From assembly GCA_051294375.1 (NCBI GenBank), contig CM119268.1:14529396-14593395 (forward strand): a stretch of 64,000 bases of DNA. The letters run 5' to 3'. Shown piece by piece: positions 1 through 20,293 of the stretch. The notes beneath the pieces are model-generated. The model was given only the letters and a program-made list of their open reading frames with translations, was not told the origin of the DNA and did no database searches. This stretch comes from Paraspadella gotoi. Its lineage: Eukaryota > Animalia > Chaetognatha. Every line of letters begins with the position of its first letter. Position 1 is the first letter of the stretch. The translations under genes and the position numbers were made by a program.

Positions 1-959
1 CGCCACCCCCCGAGGGTTAAACGAGACTCCCAACCGAGTCGGTCAAGGCTCCATAAAAGCCGTTTTCGTCGCCGTCGTCGTCGTCGTCGTCACCCGTAAT
101 CTTTGTTCAGTTGTCAATGGTTTCACTCGTCAATAGTCAACGATTTCCGAAACCCTTGATATCAGATAGTAAACTTTTTGAAAGGCTGTGATCCTTCCAA
201 AATTGTCCTCTAGGGTGAAACAGAGTCGCCAATGGAAGTTATGAATATTCTTTAAAAACAAAAAAGTATTTTTATCAAATTTGAATTAATTCTTAATACC
301 AAAATTATAACGTAAAATAAATTTAAAAAAATAAAATGAAGAAAATAAAAAAACATATGAAATTGGTACAACCAATATAAAAATTATCCATTCATTTAAT
401 AAATAAGCTATCTTGTATTTATATGTATTTTAGATCTTTTGTCTAACAATCATCCCTTTCTTGACGAAGCGACATCTATAAAATCATGATATGAATTAAT
501 TCGTTTCCCTCTTCTCTTTTTGGGACAAAAAGACATCGCATATTACGGTTCCACGATTTCTTATGAATATAAAATAAACTTGTTGGAATGTTTAAACTAA
601 CGAAATCAAACCGAGACAACGTCGGTTCATGTAGCGATTAGGTACCTATATTAAATCCTAGAAATTGTATTTATTTGAGTTATTTTGGACGACAATTGCT
701 CGAAAATCAAGAAAATCGGGGCCCTATTAAGACTGAAGCTGTGTGGGCGTTTCTTATTTTTTAACTCTTTCCTCGAATTCGATTTCGTTGACTTCGAAAA
801 CAAAAAAAACTTGAAACGAAACTCTTTTCCAATTCAGACATGTAACTGAAATATCTATTGTCACCATTCAATACAAAAAAGGTCATGATGTAGACTAACA
901 GTTTGCCCATAAAAAAATAAAAACGAGTGAATTAAACAATACGTAAACTTGCTTCAATT

Positions 960-2421
960 TCACGCGGCCAAGGCGAATGGCGCGGTGACTCCGACGAGGC
1001 AAGCCAGGAGTTCGAAACCCGCGAAGACCTAAGATTAATAAGAGAAATCGATAATGAAATAATGCTGCATTTATTGGTATCAAAAAAATGGTTATTATTT
1101 AAACGTTTATTATGTCTCACGTAAGCGGCGATGAGCCTGTCCGTGATTTCCGCTCCGTGTTTCCCGTGATGAACGACGATGAGGATGAGACCGATGAGGA
1201 GGAGGAGTCCGCAAAGACCGAAGAACTGCCGGTCAACAAAAAGTTATAAAACGCGCGGGAAAAATGGTTCGGATAGACCGAGACAGAGTGAGGGAAAAAC
1301 TTTACAGACTGACTCTCAAATCCCGCCCACTCACCAGGTAAGTTCTCCCGACGAGCGGCTCCGGTTTGGAAAGGCAAGTGATGACGATGATGATGAGGGC
1401 GACGATCCAACCGATGATGACGGCCGCTTCGAAAAAGTCGAGGTAAGGCACTCGGGCCTGCGCGCCGGTCGAACTCATCTCACCCTCGTAACATCCCAGG
1501 GAGATGACGCCGAAGATCTGCGGTGTCGAGGTGCGGTGGATGGGTGGGGGGTCAAGGTGGCGAATCGTGAAAAAAAAAGTTTTTGAGGAAATGTCACTAA
1601 TTATCCACTTTACAGTGTCCGCGATTTATCCCTAATTGTTGAATTTTATGGAACTATTTTTTTATTTTTAGTGATATTAGTGCAATTAGTCTTGCTCAAT
1701 GCTCAATTGCTCATTTATCGTTTGAATGTCAAATTGTTTCTTTTATCGTTTTATCGTTTTATCTTTTTATCGTTTTAACTGTCAAATTGTTTCTTTTATT
1801 TCAGAAAAAAATAGCGATTATAACGAATTTGGTTAAAATTTTACTTTTACTTAATTACCCAAACCCTAAAGCCTCTTAACCCTAACTACCCCTAACTTTA
1901 AACCACCCTTAAACTATCTTAGATTCTAAACCCCCCAAACCTCGGTCGGCGAAGGTAAAATTATGCCTGAATTTGAACTTCTTTGAGTTCAGATTGTATT
2001 TTGGTTTGTCATTAAGTACGTGTACAAAGATCTCGCTATAAAAGTTTATTGTCAACGTTTTATTTAGAACATGTAGGCTGTTATTAATTAATTTAATTAT
2101 TCTTTCGACGCTTATCATAAAAAAAACGTAAAAAAATTTAAAAGGGATTTAAAAAACTTGATTTATTACATTATTAAAAAAGTCTCACATTTTTCATTTT
2201 ACATTAGTGGTATTTCTCTTGAAATTTTTTTTATAATCTATTCGTTGCTCTTCGTTTTTCCATAGGCCTCCAGAGGGCATTGATCTCCAGCAATGCCCGT
2301 ATGTATTTTAGTTCAGGTTCACTATTAATTTATTAAACTCTCTAAATATCTATCACGTATTGCGACTCACCAAACAAAATATCGCCACCACGGTCATAAA
2401 GTTTATGGAGAGTTTTCCCAT
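960..2421 (-). CDS. Small four-TM membrane protein, paralog 1 (135 aa, 4 exons)
   Basis: Exons 2421-2371 (MGKLSINFMTVVAIFCL), 1517-1335 (IFGVISLGCYEGEM...FFEAAVIIGWIVALIIIVITCLSKPEPLVGRTYL), 1225-1121 (FFGLCGLLLLIGLILIVVHHG...LIAAY), 1028-960 (VFAGFELLACLVGVTAPFALAA*). All introns are GT-AG, phase 0, and match the positions in four other paralogs. Confidence 0.88.
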
Positions 2422-4234
2422 TTTGAATTGAGCTCGTGCGGCTTTAAAACGTATAAATAACGAAGAATTTAAAGTATTCAAAACGCAGGTTAGAATTACT
2501 GTACAGCGTAGAAGGCTTTTTAGTTGACTAGAACAGACCGGAGGGCGAGTCGTTGATCTGAATTCAAACGAGTCCTGGGAGAGACAATCCCTTCAAAAGT
2601 CAGAACAGGTTTGAAAGTTGCTCCCAAATTCTCAAGAGTAAATCACAAATTCGAAAACCACCGAATTCTTAGACTTTCCCCGCATTCTTTTCGGAGGAGG
2701 AGATTTGGAAATTTCGTGAAGTCGCGTAGTTTCCTGTTTCCCGCTTGAGTTTAAGGAGGCGACATGTCGCCATGATAGGTGACGCCATGTCGCTATACGG
2801 CATGTCGCGCGGTGCGATCTCACTCTGTCTGGCCAAGTCACCCAAAGAGATGTGGCCATGTCGATCTGAGAGATTGAGGGCTAAGCTGCCTCGAGCAAAG
2901 AACTTTGGGCCAAGCGATTGCAGCCAGATAACGTGTTCTTTGAGCTTAAAGATATCTTTTGGACTTTTCATGGTTTTGAAAAACGACATGATTAACAAAT
3001 CGGTTTCAATTTTTAAGACATGGCTAATAAAAAGGTGATTTTTGTTATACACTTATATTCTTACCAAACAGAAGGTACAAAGACTATTCTATTGACCCTC
3101 GGTTTAAGAGCTCCAAATAAACACGTCGAATGGAACTATGTTTATATTTACAAATATATTCAAAATTGAACAAAAGAACCCGAAGATACAAAATAAGATG
3201 CAAAAAAAAGAGGAAAAACAAAAAAAAAGAATTTACAGAGTGATTTTTTTCTATCGGCGAACAGACCGTCGGCAGAAAAAAAATGAAAAACTTTAAACTA
3301 CTAAAAAAAAGCCACGATAATGAATGAAAAAAAATACTGGAAGAAAATGGCTTTTCGGTCATCGTAAAATCTGACTTCTTAAGAGGGAAAAAGGATGACC
3401 CAGTTTGGACATCTACGTTTTATTTACATCGCTGTTACATACATAAAGGGCAAAAAAAAAAAATAATAAGTCTAAATCAATTTTATAGTTATTAAGTTAT
3501 AATGGAATCGATTGAAAATCTTTATATATCTAAACCTGGGCCACCCTGTGAAAAAAAAAAACGAAAACAAAAAGCAACAACAATCCCTAGAACTGACTAC
3601 CGAAAAAATGAGAACATGCGCAAACTGGAAAAACTGGAAAAACGCCTCGCTATTCACGGGACTTTTTTGGGGGGGAGGGGGGCCGAGTCAAATCAAGAAC
3701 GTCTAATTCTTTCGCTTAATTGTTTGGCTAAAAAATATTGCGCTTGGATAAACTTTTTTTTCAAATGCGTGTATATGTCTAAGATAATTTAGCAATAATT
3801 TGACGAACATCGTCGGAGATATAAAAAATCTGACAAGTGAAAAATATATTCAAAAAAACAAATCGAAGTATTTTGCCCCATAAGTTTCCTCGGTCGCATC
3901 GACCCGGGATGACGAGCAAGAAATAAAAAAAAACAAAAAAAAACAAACCTGGGATCCCGTTTATTTTTTTCCTCTCAACAAATGGCGAAGTATTGAATTT
4001 ACAGGCCCTTGGGTCCGTCAAATCTGCCCAAAATCTAAATCATCCCCGAAAAAGACCCACTTTTTTTAAAATTTCTTCCATTTTTTTTTCTCCCTTTTCT
4101 TTTTAAATATCCTCACCAACTTGCGAGAAGGCTGGCGAAAGAGCGAGGCGAGCCGGTTATTTTCAGTGATTAAGAGTTTTAGTTTAAATTTTTTTTTTCT
4201 TCAATGTATGGGAAATCTTGTTAATATTTTTTGC

Positions 4235-10055
<5,821 letters not shown>

Positions 10056-11069
10056 TTTGCTTGGGGGTTTTTTTTCCGCTTTTCGTCACTTTAAAGTTCG
10101 ATTAGTTTCTTATTTTAAATCCGCGATGAAAGTCGCCAATTGTCTTTCGAGTTTCGAGGGCAAAAAGTTTCTTCCTGCTTCCGTAAAACCGAAACAAAAA
10201 AAATCACAAAGGATGAAATTTTTTTTAAATATTTTCGTGAGGCGATTCTTCGTCGGCCCGTTCTCTAACACAAAAATGATTTTTTTTTCTTTCTTCCTTC
10301 TTTTTCTCGGGAGTCAAAAAAAAAAATCAACAAAAAACGTCTTTCGAGAAAAAAAAAGGATGCTTGGTGGATATATATATAAATTCAGAGGATGGTAGTG
10401 CCGAGAGAGACAGACGACGGTGGCCGAACTCGTTTTTTTTTTTGCGTCCGAGCGAAATCGAAAAAAGGAAGGCGAAGAAGAAAAAAAACCTGGAAAAGAT
10501 AGGAAAAAAATTTTTTTTTCGGTGAATCGAGTTAATAAAAATTCGGATGGAAGAGATCGAAGGAAAAGATCGAAATCCGCCTCCCCCACCCCCCACTCCC
10601 GCCTCCCCCACGCCCCCACCCATCTTTTCACTCATTCACCCTCATTCGCCACGCCCTCTCTCTCCCTCCAGTTCCACCCCTCTGCTCCACTGTCTTCACT
10701 CTTGGCTCTCGACACTCCCTAAGGCACACGAGAATCCAGTCTTACACCCTTCGTCCAAATCATAAAACCGATCACTGATTCTTCGGATCTTATAGTTCAA
10801 GTGCCCACTGCCCAATCATCCACTCGCTCACACGTTCAATAACATCGATAAGTTTATTAATAAATATTTTTTTTTAATTTTGTGACCCTTATGGCTCCCA
10901 ATCACAACGGCACAAACTTTCACATGGCCCCAACCTAACTTACTCAATATTTTTTTTAAGACCAACTGGTGAAATCTTTTAGGCGACCCCGACCGAAAAG
11001 GCCCAAGTGAACCCATCACTCAGAATTCGATGATTTCTCTTCACTCAACACGAATTCACGCAATCCAGT

Positions 11070-11865
11070 TTCTTCTCTCCACCCTTCAATTCTCTCCCTT
11101 CTCTCCCCTTCTCGATCCTTCTTTCCCCTTCTCTATCCTTCTCTCCACTTCTCTATTCTTCTTTCCCCTTCTCTATCCTTCTCTCCACTTACTCTATCTT
11201 CTTTTCCCCTTCTCTATCCTTCGCTCCTGCTATATCCTTCTCTCCCCTTCTCTATCCTTTATCCCTATCCTTCTTCCCCTTCCTAAACTTCAATCCCCTT
11301 CTCTATCCTTCTATCCCTATCTTCTTTCCCCTTATCTATATTCTTCTCTCCCCTTCTCTATCCTTCTCTCCCCTTATCTATCCTTCTATCTCCTTCTATA
11401 TCTTCTCTCATCTTTCTACCCTTCTCTCCCATTCTCTATCCTTTTCTCCTCTTATCTATTCTTCTCTCCCCTTCTCTATCCTTCTCTCCCCTTGTCTACC
11501 TTCTCTCACCTCTCTATCTTTCTCTCCCCTTACCTATCTTTCTCTCCCCTTCTCTATCCTTCTTTCCCTTATCTATCCTTCCCTCCCCTTCTATCCTTCA
11601 TTCCCCTTATCTATCTTTCTCTCCCCTTATCTATCCTTCTCTCCCTCTCTCCCTCCTCTCCCCTTCTCTATCCTTCTTTCTCCTTCTCTATCCTTCTTCT
11701 CCCTTATTTTCTTCTTCTCTCTTCTATCCTTTCTCTCTCTTCTCTATTCCTTCTTCCCTATTTATCCTTCTCTCCCTTCTCATATCCTTCTCTCCCTTCT
11801 CTTATCCTTCTTCCCCTTCCTCTATCCTTCTTTCCCCTTCTCTATCCTTCTCTCCCCTCTCATCC
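11070..11865. repeat. Pyrimidine-rich degenerate minisatellite (CCTTCTCTATCCTTCTCTCC-like)
   Basis: Nearly G-free, CT-rich tract. The 282-aa ORF here is a by-product of its composition. Confidence 0.85.
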
Positions 11866-13232
11866 TTGTTTAGTATAATCTAACCCCTTTTTATAACGCG
11901 ATCTCTAACAAGATTATCTCCTTTTTTACTACTTTCTTTCTGTTTTCTTTCTTTCTTTCTTTCTTTCCTTATTTTCTTTATAAAATTCCTCTTCATCACA
12001 AAGCAACTTCTTCACAACATCAACATGGATATTATCATTCATCAGAATTGATAAGAAGGGAAAAAGAAGGAAGAAAAAGGAAAGGGAAAGGGGAAGCAAA
12101 GGAAAGGAGAAAAAAAGAGAGCGCTCATCTACAGAGATCGTCGACGGAAAGAGATCGCGGAGAAGAAGAAACAGTGAATTACGATCATCAAAGAATCATA
12201 CAATCATCTGAAATCAGTCAGTGACATTCATCTCTCAATCATCCATACAACTCAATACAAGTCATCGGATCAATACATTACATCACACTTCATCTTCAGA
12301 CTTAAGATCATCATCATCATCATCTTCATCTTCCTTATCATCGTCGGCGGTGTCGTCGTCGGCAATGTTTTATCTATGCCCTCTGCTCCAACGGCCGAGC
12401 ATCTTTCGAGTCCGACATCAGAAACAACAACAAAGGCGAACTCTAGCGGATTTGGGCAGAATTATTTTTTTTTAAATACAATGGGAAAAAAAGAGCAAAC
12501 AAGATTGTAAGGAGTGAAGTAGGAATGAAAATTAGTATTTAGCGAGAAAATTTTTTATTTTTTTAAACTTTTATAGATTTTTTTGGGTGAATTTATTATT
12601 AGTTGATTTTTCACGGTTGCGTTGCGCTTCCGATTCGCGTAAGTATATTTTTAAAACTTTTGCTGTTATTTTTTAATCGATTTTCTTGTCGTTACGCCAA
12701 GAGAAATATTCAAAAAAGCATAAAATTGTATGAGTCTGTTGAAATTTAATTCAACGTATATTTTTATGTCGTAGAGAGATCTATAAAAAGAAAAGTTTAT
12801 CCAGTGGAAAAGCGATGCGTCAGATCTTAAAGCGAAAAAGCAGACTGAGTGATTAACGAATTGATAGAAATTTTAACATTTCTAAATCCGGTTGTTTTTG
12901 TTTATATTTAGGTTAAAACGAGGATAAATAAACGGATATAAACAAAAGTCAATTTAGACTTTAAAACAAATGACGAAGTATATAAAGCAAATAGTAGTGA
13001 AGAGCGGAGGGGTTGGATTCAACAGTGAACAGTTGAGCTTTTAAGTGGCGTGAATCCTGACTTCGGTTGAGAATTTATTGGAAAAAAAAATGAGAAAAGC
13101 GAAAACGATTCAGTGATTGAAAAGAGGAGGAGGGGCAGATATTTGGGGTAAGTCGCGAGCTGCAAGGTAAGTTCTTTGAATAGATTGAAGACGAGTCACG
13201 AGGTAGACAACAAGCGAGAACGAAAGGAAGGA

Positions 13233-13295
<63 letters not shown>

Positions 13296-13429
13296 AGAGA
13301 AGTAGAGAGAGAGATAGTTTGCGCAAGAAAAGTGCGCAAGGGAGGAGAGCAAAAGAAAGACTGGATTCACTGTGAAGCCCAACCAAAGAAAAAAAATCCA
13401 GAGTCGCTCCGACTCGGACTTGAGTTTTT

Positions 13430-13523
<94 letters not shown>

Positions 13524-13752
13524 CCTCTCCCCCTCCAGGGTTGAAAAAAAAAAAGATTTGGTATCATTTGCCTGCTCGGAAATCAAAAAACTTTTTTCAA
13601 AGTGCAACGTTTGAACCCTCGTATTTCCGACGATGGTAACAGCGATGATGATGGTTTTGCGTTACGTCAAAAGTTTTCGATTTCCCCGATTCACGCTACG
13701 AGGGCCTAATTCAATTTTTTTTCATCCTCGTCTGCTGCCCCCGAGTTTTTAA

Positions 13753-13861
<109 letters not shown>

Positions 13862-15461
13862 CTCCCTCTCTCTCTCTATCTCGCCGCGGGCCACGAAGGG
13901 CTGCCCCGTTGGGGCGCGACTCCGTAGTCCCGGCCGGCGCAGGGCGGCGACCGCGCCCCCAGTGAAACTTGAAGCCCCGAAACGAAGCGGCGGAGGAGGG
14001 AGGCGCAAAGGGCTTGGGAGTGACGTAAAAGGCGTGGCTGGGCTGCTTCGCTGCAACAGAGGGGCAGACGGATGGACAGATGGACGGACGAAGTAAATTT
14101 CTGGTTTTGAAATTAAAGCGAAGTAACCCGTTTAAGAGATAGAAATGGACATTTTTATCGATAACTTTCGGTGATTAAAACGCCCAATATTTACGTGTGA
14201 ACTGTCGTGAAACTTATGCAAAACCTTAACCTTTGAAAATTTTACAAATGAAGTGAATATTGAGCGATTGTGAAACGTTATTGTAGACTAATGGAAGACG
14301 AGGGCATAAAAGTTTTTTTTTAGTTTACGGCAGTCAACAAATATTTTCTTGCGCGTAGGAATAGTATGTCGTGAAAGGATAAAGGAAGAAGGATATTTAT
14401 AATTGCGGTACTAAAAAAAAAATAGAGATCAGTTTTGCATTCTGAGCCATCATCCGTCCTAAGCGACGAGGAAAAAACTTTCTTAAAATATGGGAAAAGA
14501 ATTAAAAGGGGATTTCCGAATGAATAGATTCTTGTTTATATCACAAGTTATTTTATCGTATGAAATATTTCATCATAGCTAAAAGATAAAATCTACGCGT
14601 TAGGGTTTAATCCCTGAAAACAAAATTTAACCATTTTATGCAAGTCTTTTTATCCAGATTCTAATCCCGAAGGAAAACGGTTAGGGATGCGTTTGTGTTG
14701 TTGTTGTTGTGATACCCATTGATAAGACGAGGATTTTTTTTTCTTATCAAGACATTCGAAACTAAGAACGATAGACGAAAAAAGTTAAACGAAATTCACA
14801 AAAGAATTTGTTGGGGGAAAAAAGGGAGGAAAAAAAAACAGTGAAAATTGATGAATTGAGAGAAAATCGTGATGGTGGGGGCTGGAAGCTCAGGAGGCAA
14901 AGAAAAACCGGAGAATTCAAACCAGAAATTCGTTTAAAACATAACCAGAAAACAAAAACAAAAACAAAAACTTTACCCACCCCCTTTTTTTTAAATGTTG
15001 ATTCTGCCATCTTCAATTAAGAAGAGCCCTAATTAAATTGTCTCGAAAAGTCATTTCGCGAATTTCTCCCGATTAAAATTCCGTAATTCTCTGTCCGGAG
15101 ACTGAAAGGGGACGAGGTTAGTGGGTTAAGTCAAGAAGCAGAAATTACAGTAGGGACTTTTCCTAATTTTGACGCATCATCCTTGGCCTTACTTTGTAAA
15201 CGCGAAAAAGTTAAACGTATAATAACGAAATGGCAAATGGGTTTAAAGGAACCAGCTTAACTTCCTAGTTCTCTTACGTAGCTTCTGGCGGCAAAAATTC
15301 AAAACAAAAAACAAATAAAATCCTTTCGCATTTCGTCTCCTACTTGCTCGGTTTTTTCGTAAACATAGAAGAATGAGAGGCTCTTGTTCCAAACTTATAA
15401 TCTGCCAACCAAGCGACAGAAATGAATAAAAAAGAGGTTTGTTTATTTACTGAGAATTTTC

Positions 15462-15547
<86 letters not shown>

Positions 15548-16817
15548 GAAAAAGCTAGAAAGAAATAGAAAGTAGGCAATGTTTGGACGAGCAAATTTTT
15601 GCGTTGCCTTACAAACCAATCGAGAATTCCTGACAAGGTTAATCGCAAGAAAAGAAGTTATTCTTTTCGGAACTTACCTTTCCCCCGCCCCTTACCTTCT
15701 AGAGTTTGCGTTGAGGTATTTTCAACAAACGTGGGTGTCAAGAAATACCGCGGATTGTACGCACCTTGAATGTGCGTAGGAGACAAGTGCTTTCATTAGT
15801 CAAATTTCCTCTATACGTTTAAGTAAATGACGTAATTTCGCTTCCTGTTGGAAGAGTCTGTTTGGAAATTCAAAAAGACGCCATGTGACGGACGCCAGAA
15901 CCAAGAAGAACAGATCTCAATAGGAGAGACTAAAACGTCGGGTGAGGTACACAACAAACGAAAAGAAATGAAGTTAGTAAATTCACTTGTTGACACTGCT
16001 ACAAAAATGACCGCCCTGAAAATGTATCTGTCATGTCCATTGGACATTGTCGGACATATCATTGTCCAATGTCGTTTTAGTGGAAATGACTAAAAAGTAA
16101 AACCTTTGCATCTAAAGTCACATTACGCATTAAACATTGCCCAATGCACAATGCACAAATTGCAATCTCAAATTTAGCGTTTTAAACATTATAAAATTAT
16201 AATTGCCTCGAGTCTCGATGCAAAAACTGAAAAAAACGTAACTCGAGTCTGCAAAGATATTCGAACGCCTGGCAGTTTGAGGGAAAACTCCATCTTGCTT
16301 TAATTTGCGCGGGGTAGAAGAAAAACAAATTTATTAGAATTAAGAACAACAAGGATCGAAGGAAGTCAGTTGTTATGGAAACCGCCAGCCCCCGGTAGGG
16401 CGTTGTTAGGCGCGCTTGGTGAATTGTGAAAGCTTGCAATTAGAATATGGCGGGAAATCATGTGAAAATTCATAATGGAACAATTTTCTGTAAAGTAACT
16501 TTTCATGAGTTTTTTTATAAAAAGAATATTGTTTATCTTTAACTGAAATTGACTGCATTTTCACTGAAATATCTAAATATCTTGACGAAAAAAGTCAATT
16601 GTCAGATAACGATGGATGTTTCATAAACAAGACAGACACTAAAAGTTAAAATTTGGTTTTTCAAATTAAAATTGTTCAAATTTTTTAAATTAAGAAAATA
16701 ATTAAGTCACTTAAAAAATTGGAATGTTTAAAAAAAATTTCATTTTCTAAAATAAGTTAGCATACATAGGGCGCAGCATCAGCAGCAAATACAAAGAGAG
16801 AGAGAGAGAGAAAGAGA

Positions 16818-16915
<98 letters not shown>

Positions 16916-17858
16916 AGAGGAAAAGAAAATTAGACGACCCGAGGGAAAAAAAATGGCGTTTGGAAAGAAATATAATAATCGCATTAAGGTCGAGCATATA
17001 ACATGTTCGGTGTTTGTAGAAAGGAAGGGAGGGTCTGAGGCCCGAAGGCTTTTTAAGTTTCATCCGAAAGTCGAAAGTAAGAACAAAAACTTTGGGTCGA
17101 ATTTCAAAACAAAATGGAAATTAAAAAATTCGTAATGAAATTGGAACAGTATGAATAAAGAAAAGTCTTAATTGGGCCAAAAAGCGCCTTGAATCCCAAG
17201 TAAGCGATTAAAAATGAATAGAGAAGAGACCGCAACCTAGTACAGGAAGGTCATCGCCCACGACATCGACAAATAATCATTTCTGTTGCCATCTTTTTTT
17301 TTTAGGATGCAATCAATTTTGTTTGGAGATATTCCTTGCCTCAACAAATTGAACTTTGAAGCACTTTGTACGAACTTGAGCGCCTTAATACGTGATGAAT
17401 CGATATTTAAAAAAAATGTACTGTTAAAATTAAGCAGGACCAGAGTCAGGTACATGGTCTCAAGAAGAGATTATTATTTAATGATTATAAATTAATAGAA
17501 ATACAAAAATCCGATAAGGACGACGATACAAGAGGTGACAAACAGTTTATCTCTTAAAAATCAAAATAAATATATTTTTTATTTCGTCCAGGTTTATTTT
17601 TTTTTTATTTCGTATAGTAGTCATTCCGAAAATGGTGATCGTTATTTTTTCTAAGCCTTTTTTTTTTTGCTTTGGGCTTCGTCTGCGGCGTCGGCGGCGG
17701 AGGTGGCGGCGTGGATAGCGAAACTATTATCATTAAAACTGAAAGGAATATTTCTCTGCTTTAAATTCATTTAGTTTCTGTGAGTTTGCGACCGGCGAAT
17801 GGACGCCGACCAAAGAGTTCACGCACTCCTCTCACTGCGAGACCCAAAACATTTCTAT

Positions 17859-17946
<88 letters not shown>

Positions 17947-19400
17947 CCTCTCTCTCTTCATTCGCTCTCGTGTTTAATCTCCGGACCGTGAATTTTGAAT
18001 ACATCAAATCCTCTTTTATTTCCCTAGTATTTTATAATTTCGTGTTTCGAGCTTTTTTTTTTTTTTTATATATTTTTTTTGCCACGATTAGATTTCAAGA
18101 TGAAAAAAAGGAGAAGCGAGCGATTGGTCGGTTATAGCGCGAATGCTTTGTTTTATTAATACTCGAATAAAACAGTTTTAAAATGTATTTTTCTCTCTTT
18201 TCTTTTACCTCTTCTCTTCGTTTGCGGTAGAAAAAAAAGATGAGAGAGCCTTTATAGCTTTTGATCTAATTCATCTCGGCCATAAGGGTTTTAGAAAAAT
18301 CTGGCTTTCAAAACACATTAGTAATTTTATTGAATAAATCTTTGTAGTTAACTCCGTATAGAATGTTTTCTTGATTTTGTTTTCAAGTTTCCTCCTGATT
18401 GATTAGTTTTGAGAAGAAAAAAAAACGTTTATGGGATAGCTTGACATAAATAAGTGCGAATAATGTAAAAAGCAAACATTATATTTAATTTGTTTTCGAT
18501 CCGCAAAGTTTTCCCTCCAAATTTGGTCCGAGAATGTAATTATAGCGAATTAAGGCGTGGTTCTCCTCTTTTAGAATTAAACCAAAAAAAAAGGGGCAGA
18601 AAAAAATTCTGTGTATATTTTTGGAGGGCATAGAATTTAATTCTTTCCGGGCTGAGTCATTCAATTTGGGTTTTCTGCCTTTAATTTAAAAAAAAAGGTC
18701 ACCGTTTCAAATCTTCTCCTTCGGTTGAAAATTTCTCCGAGTCCATTAATAGAAATGTCACTTGACCTTTTTTTTTTCGAGGTTCAACCAGCGACCTTTT
18801 TTTGAAACTCTCGCGCTAATTAATCTGATGTCGGGTATTTTTGTCAAGTTCACCCAAAAAAGAGGGAATTTTTTTTTTGACAAATGTCTGACGGGGACCG
18901 AAATGATAATTTTCTTTACAGATAACAATAAGTTTAGTATTCATTTGACAATTTTAATAAACAGTTTTACTATCTGTCTAGTAAATTCTTTAGGGAAAAC
19001 GAAAAAAAAAAAGGAATTTGCCGAAATTTAATTAATGCTAAACGTTCAAAATTTTTTATCTACGTTTGTTAGTTGGTTTGTCTGTCAGATTTAAAATTAT
19101 TTTTATTACAATCTCTCGCAACGGAATTGATTTATCGCAACGAATTTCGATTTTATAACTGTAATCCATAGAACAACTACAAAAGGTTGATATAAAAATG
19201 AATTGAATAATATAAAACAATGACCTGTTGGACCAATATTGTTGGTCGAAGGAAAGCTATTTGTAATGATTTTGTATATCATTATTCTTTTTTCGCAGAT
19301 GAATGTTGTAACTGTATTGAATTTCATCATCTTCAATTTAAGCGGGCACAAGAAAAAATCTTTGAAAATAATTTTTGGGCGCTTCTTCCTTTTCTCATGC

Positions 19401-19492
<92 letters not shown>

Positions 19493-20293
19493 AAGAGTGC
19501 GAATCTGGTGAAAAGTTCACGGCGACTCCCAACGTGCAAATTACTTTCTCCTCTCCCCCGATCTTTTAGCTTCTGACGTGCGCAAAGCGTACACAGGGTC
19601 GAACCAATAAATCTAGTCTCATTGTTACTTTAAAACTTGTCATCAGTAAAGTCAAAAAAAGTTTTAGGACCGAGAAGTTAAAGTTTAGATTTCTTCGCTT
19701 TCAAATAAAAACAGTTCATATTATATAAATTTAATACCTGTTTTTCAAAGAGTATTTGTTAGATAGCCAGGATTGTCAGGATTAAAGAGTTTTAAATTGC
19801 TTTAATATTTTCCAAGTACTAATCTATTTTATTTATTTTATCAAATAGAACGAAATATAATGAAATTTGATGAAATATTTGTATTTTCAATTAACACGAT
19901 CATCAAACGTATGCTGTAGCAGTGGTATGGAAATGAATCTTATAATAAGGAAGTTGTCAAACCAACAAATATAAATTAAAACCTTCGATTGGTCTTCATT
20001 CTCATTTGAACAAATCTATGAATTTCCGCTTGATAAAAGTAAATCACAATACAAATAGAGCTAACATTTTTACCACGGTACGGTATAAACTAAAGCGAAA
20101 ATATATTAATTCTGACTGAAAATTGAGTCAAAGCAGTTTTACAATGAGGACATGAAACAAGTTTGATAAGAAGTCGCGAATAAAGTCCAGCGCGGATTCG
20201 TCCCAAGTGGATCGTCCAGAGGAGACAAAATTGCAGCATAAATTCGAATTTAGAGAGTGAACAGAGGTGGAGAGAGAGGTAGAGATGGGAAGG

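Noticed and set aside
965-1025. tRNA/SINE-like A and B boxes (GTTCGAAAC) on the + strand
   Set aside because: Fully explained as the antisense of exon 4 of four-TM paralog 1.
1855-1910. Telomere-like CCCTAA motifs
   Set aside because: Short, degenerate and intronic; more likely a fragment of a repeat element.
2758-2865. Cluster of CATGTCG motifs with palindrome GGCGACATGTCGCC as p53-like sites
   Set aside because: Poor fit to RRRCWWGYYY and no independent support.
11030-11878. 282-aa L/S/P/F/Y-rich ORF
   Set aside because: Translation of a CT-rich minisatellite that lacks stop codons by composition.
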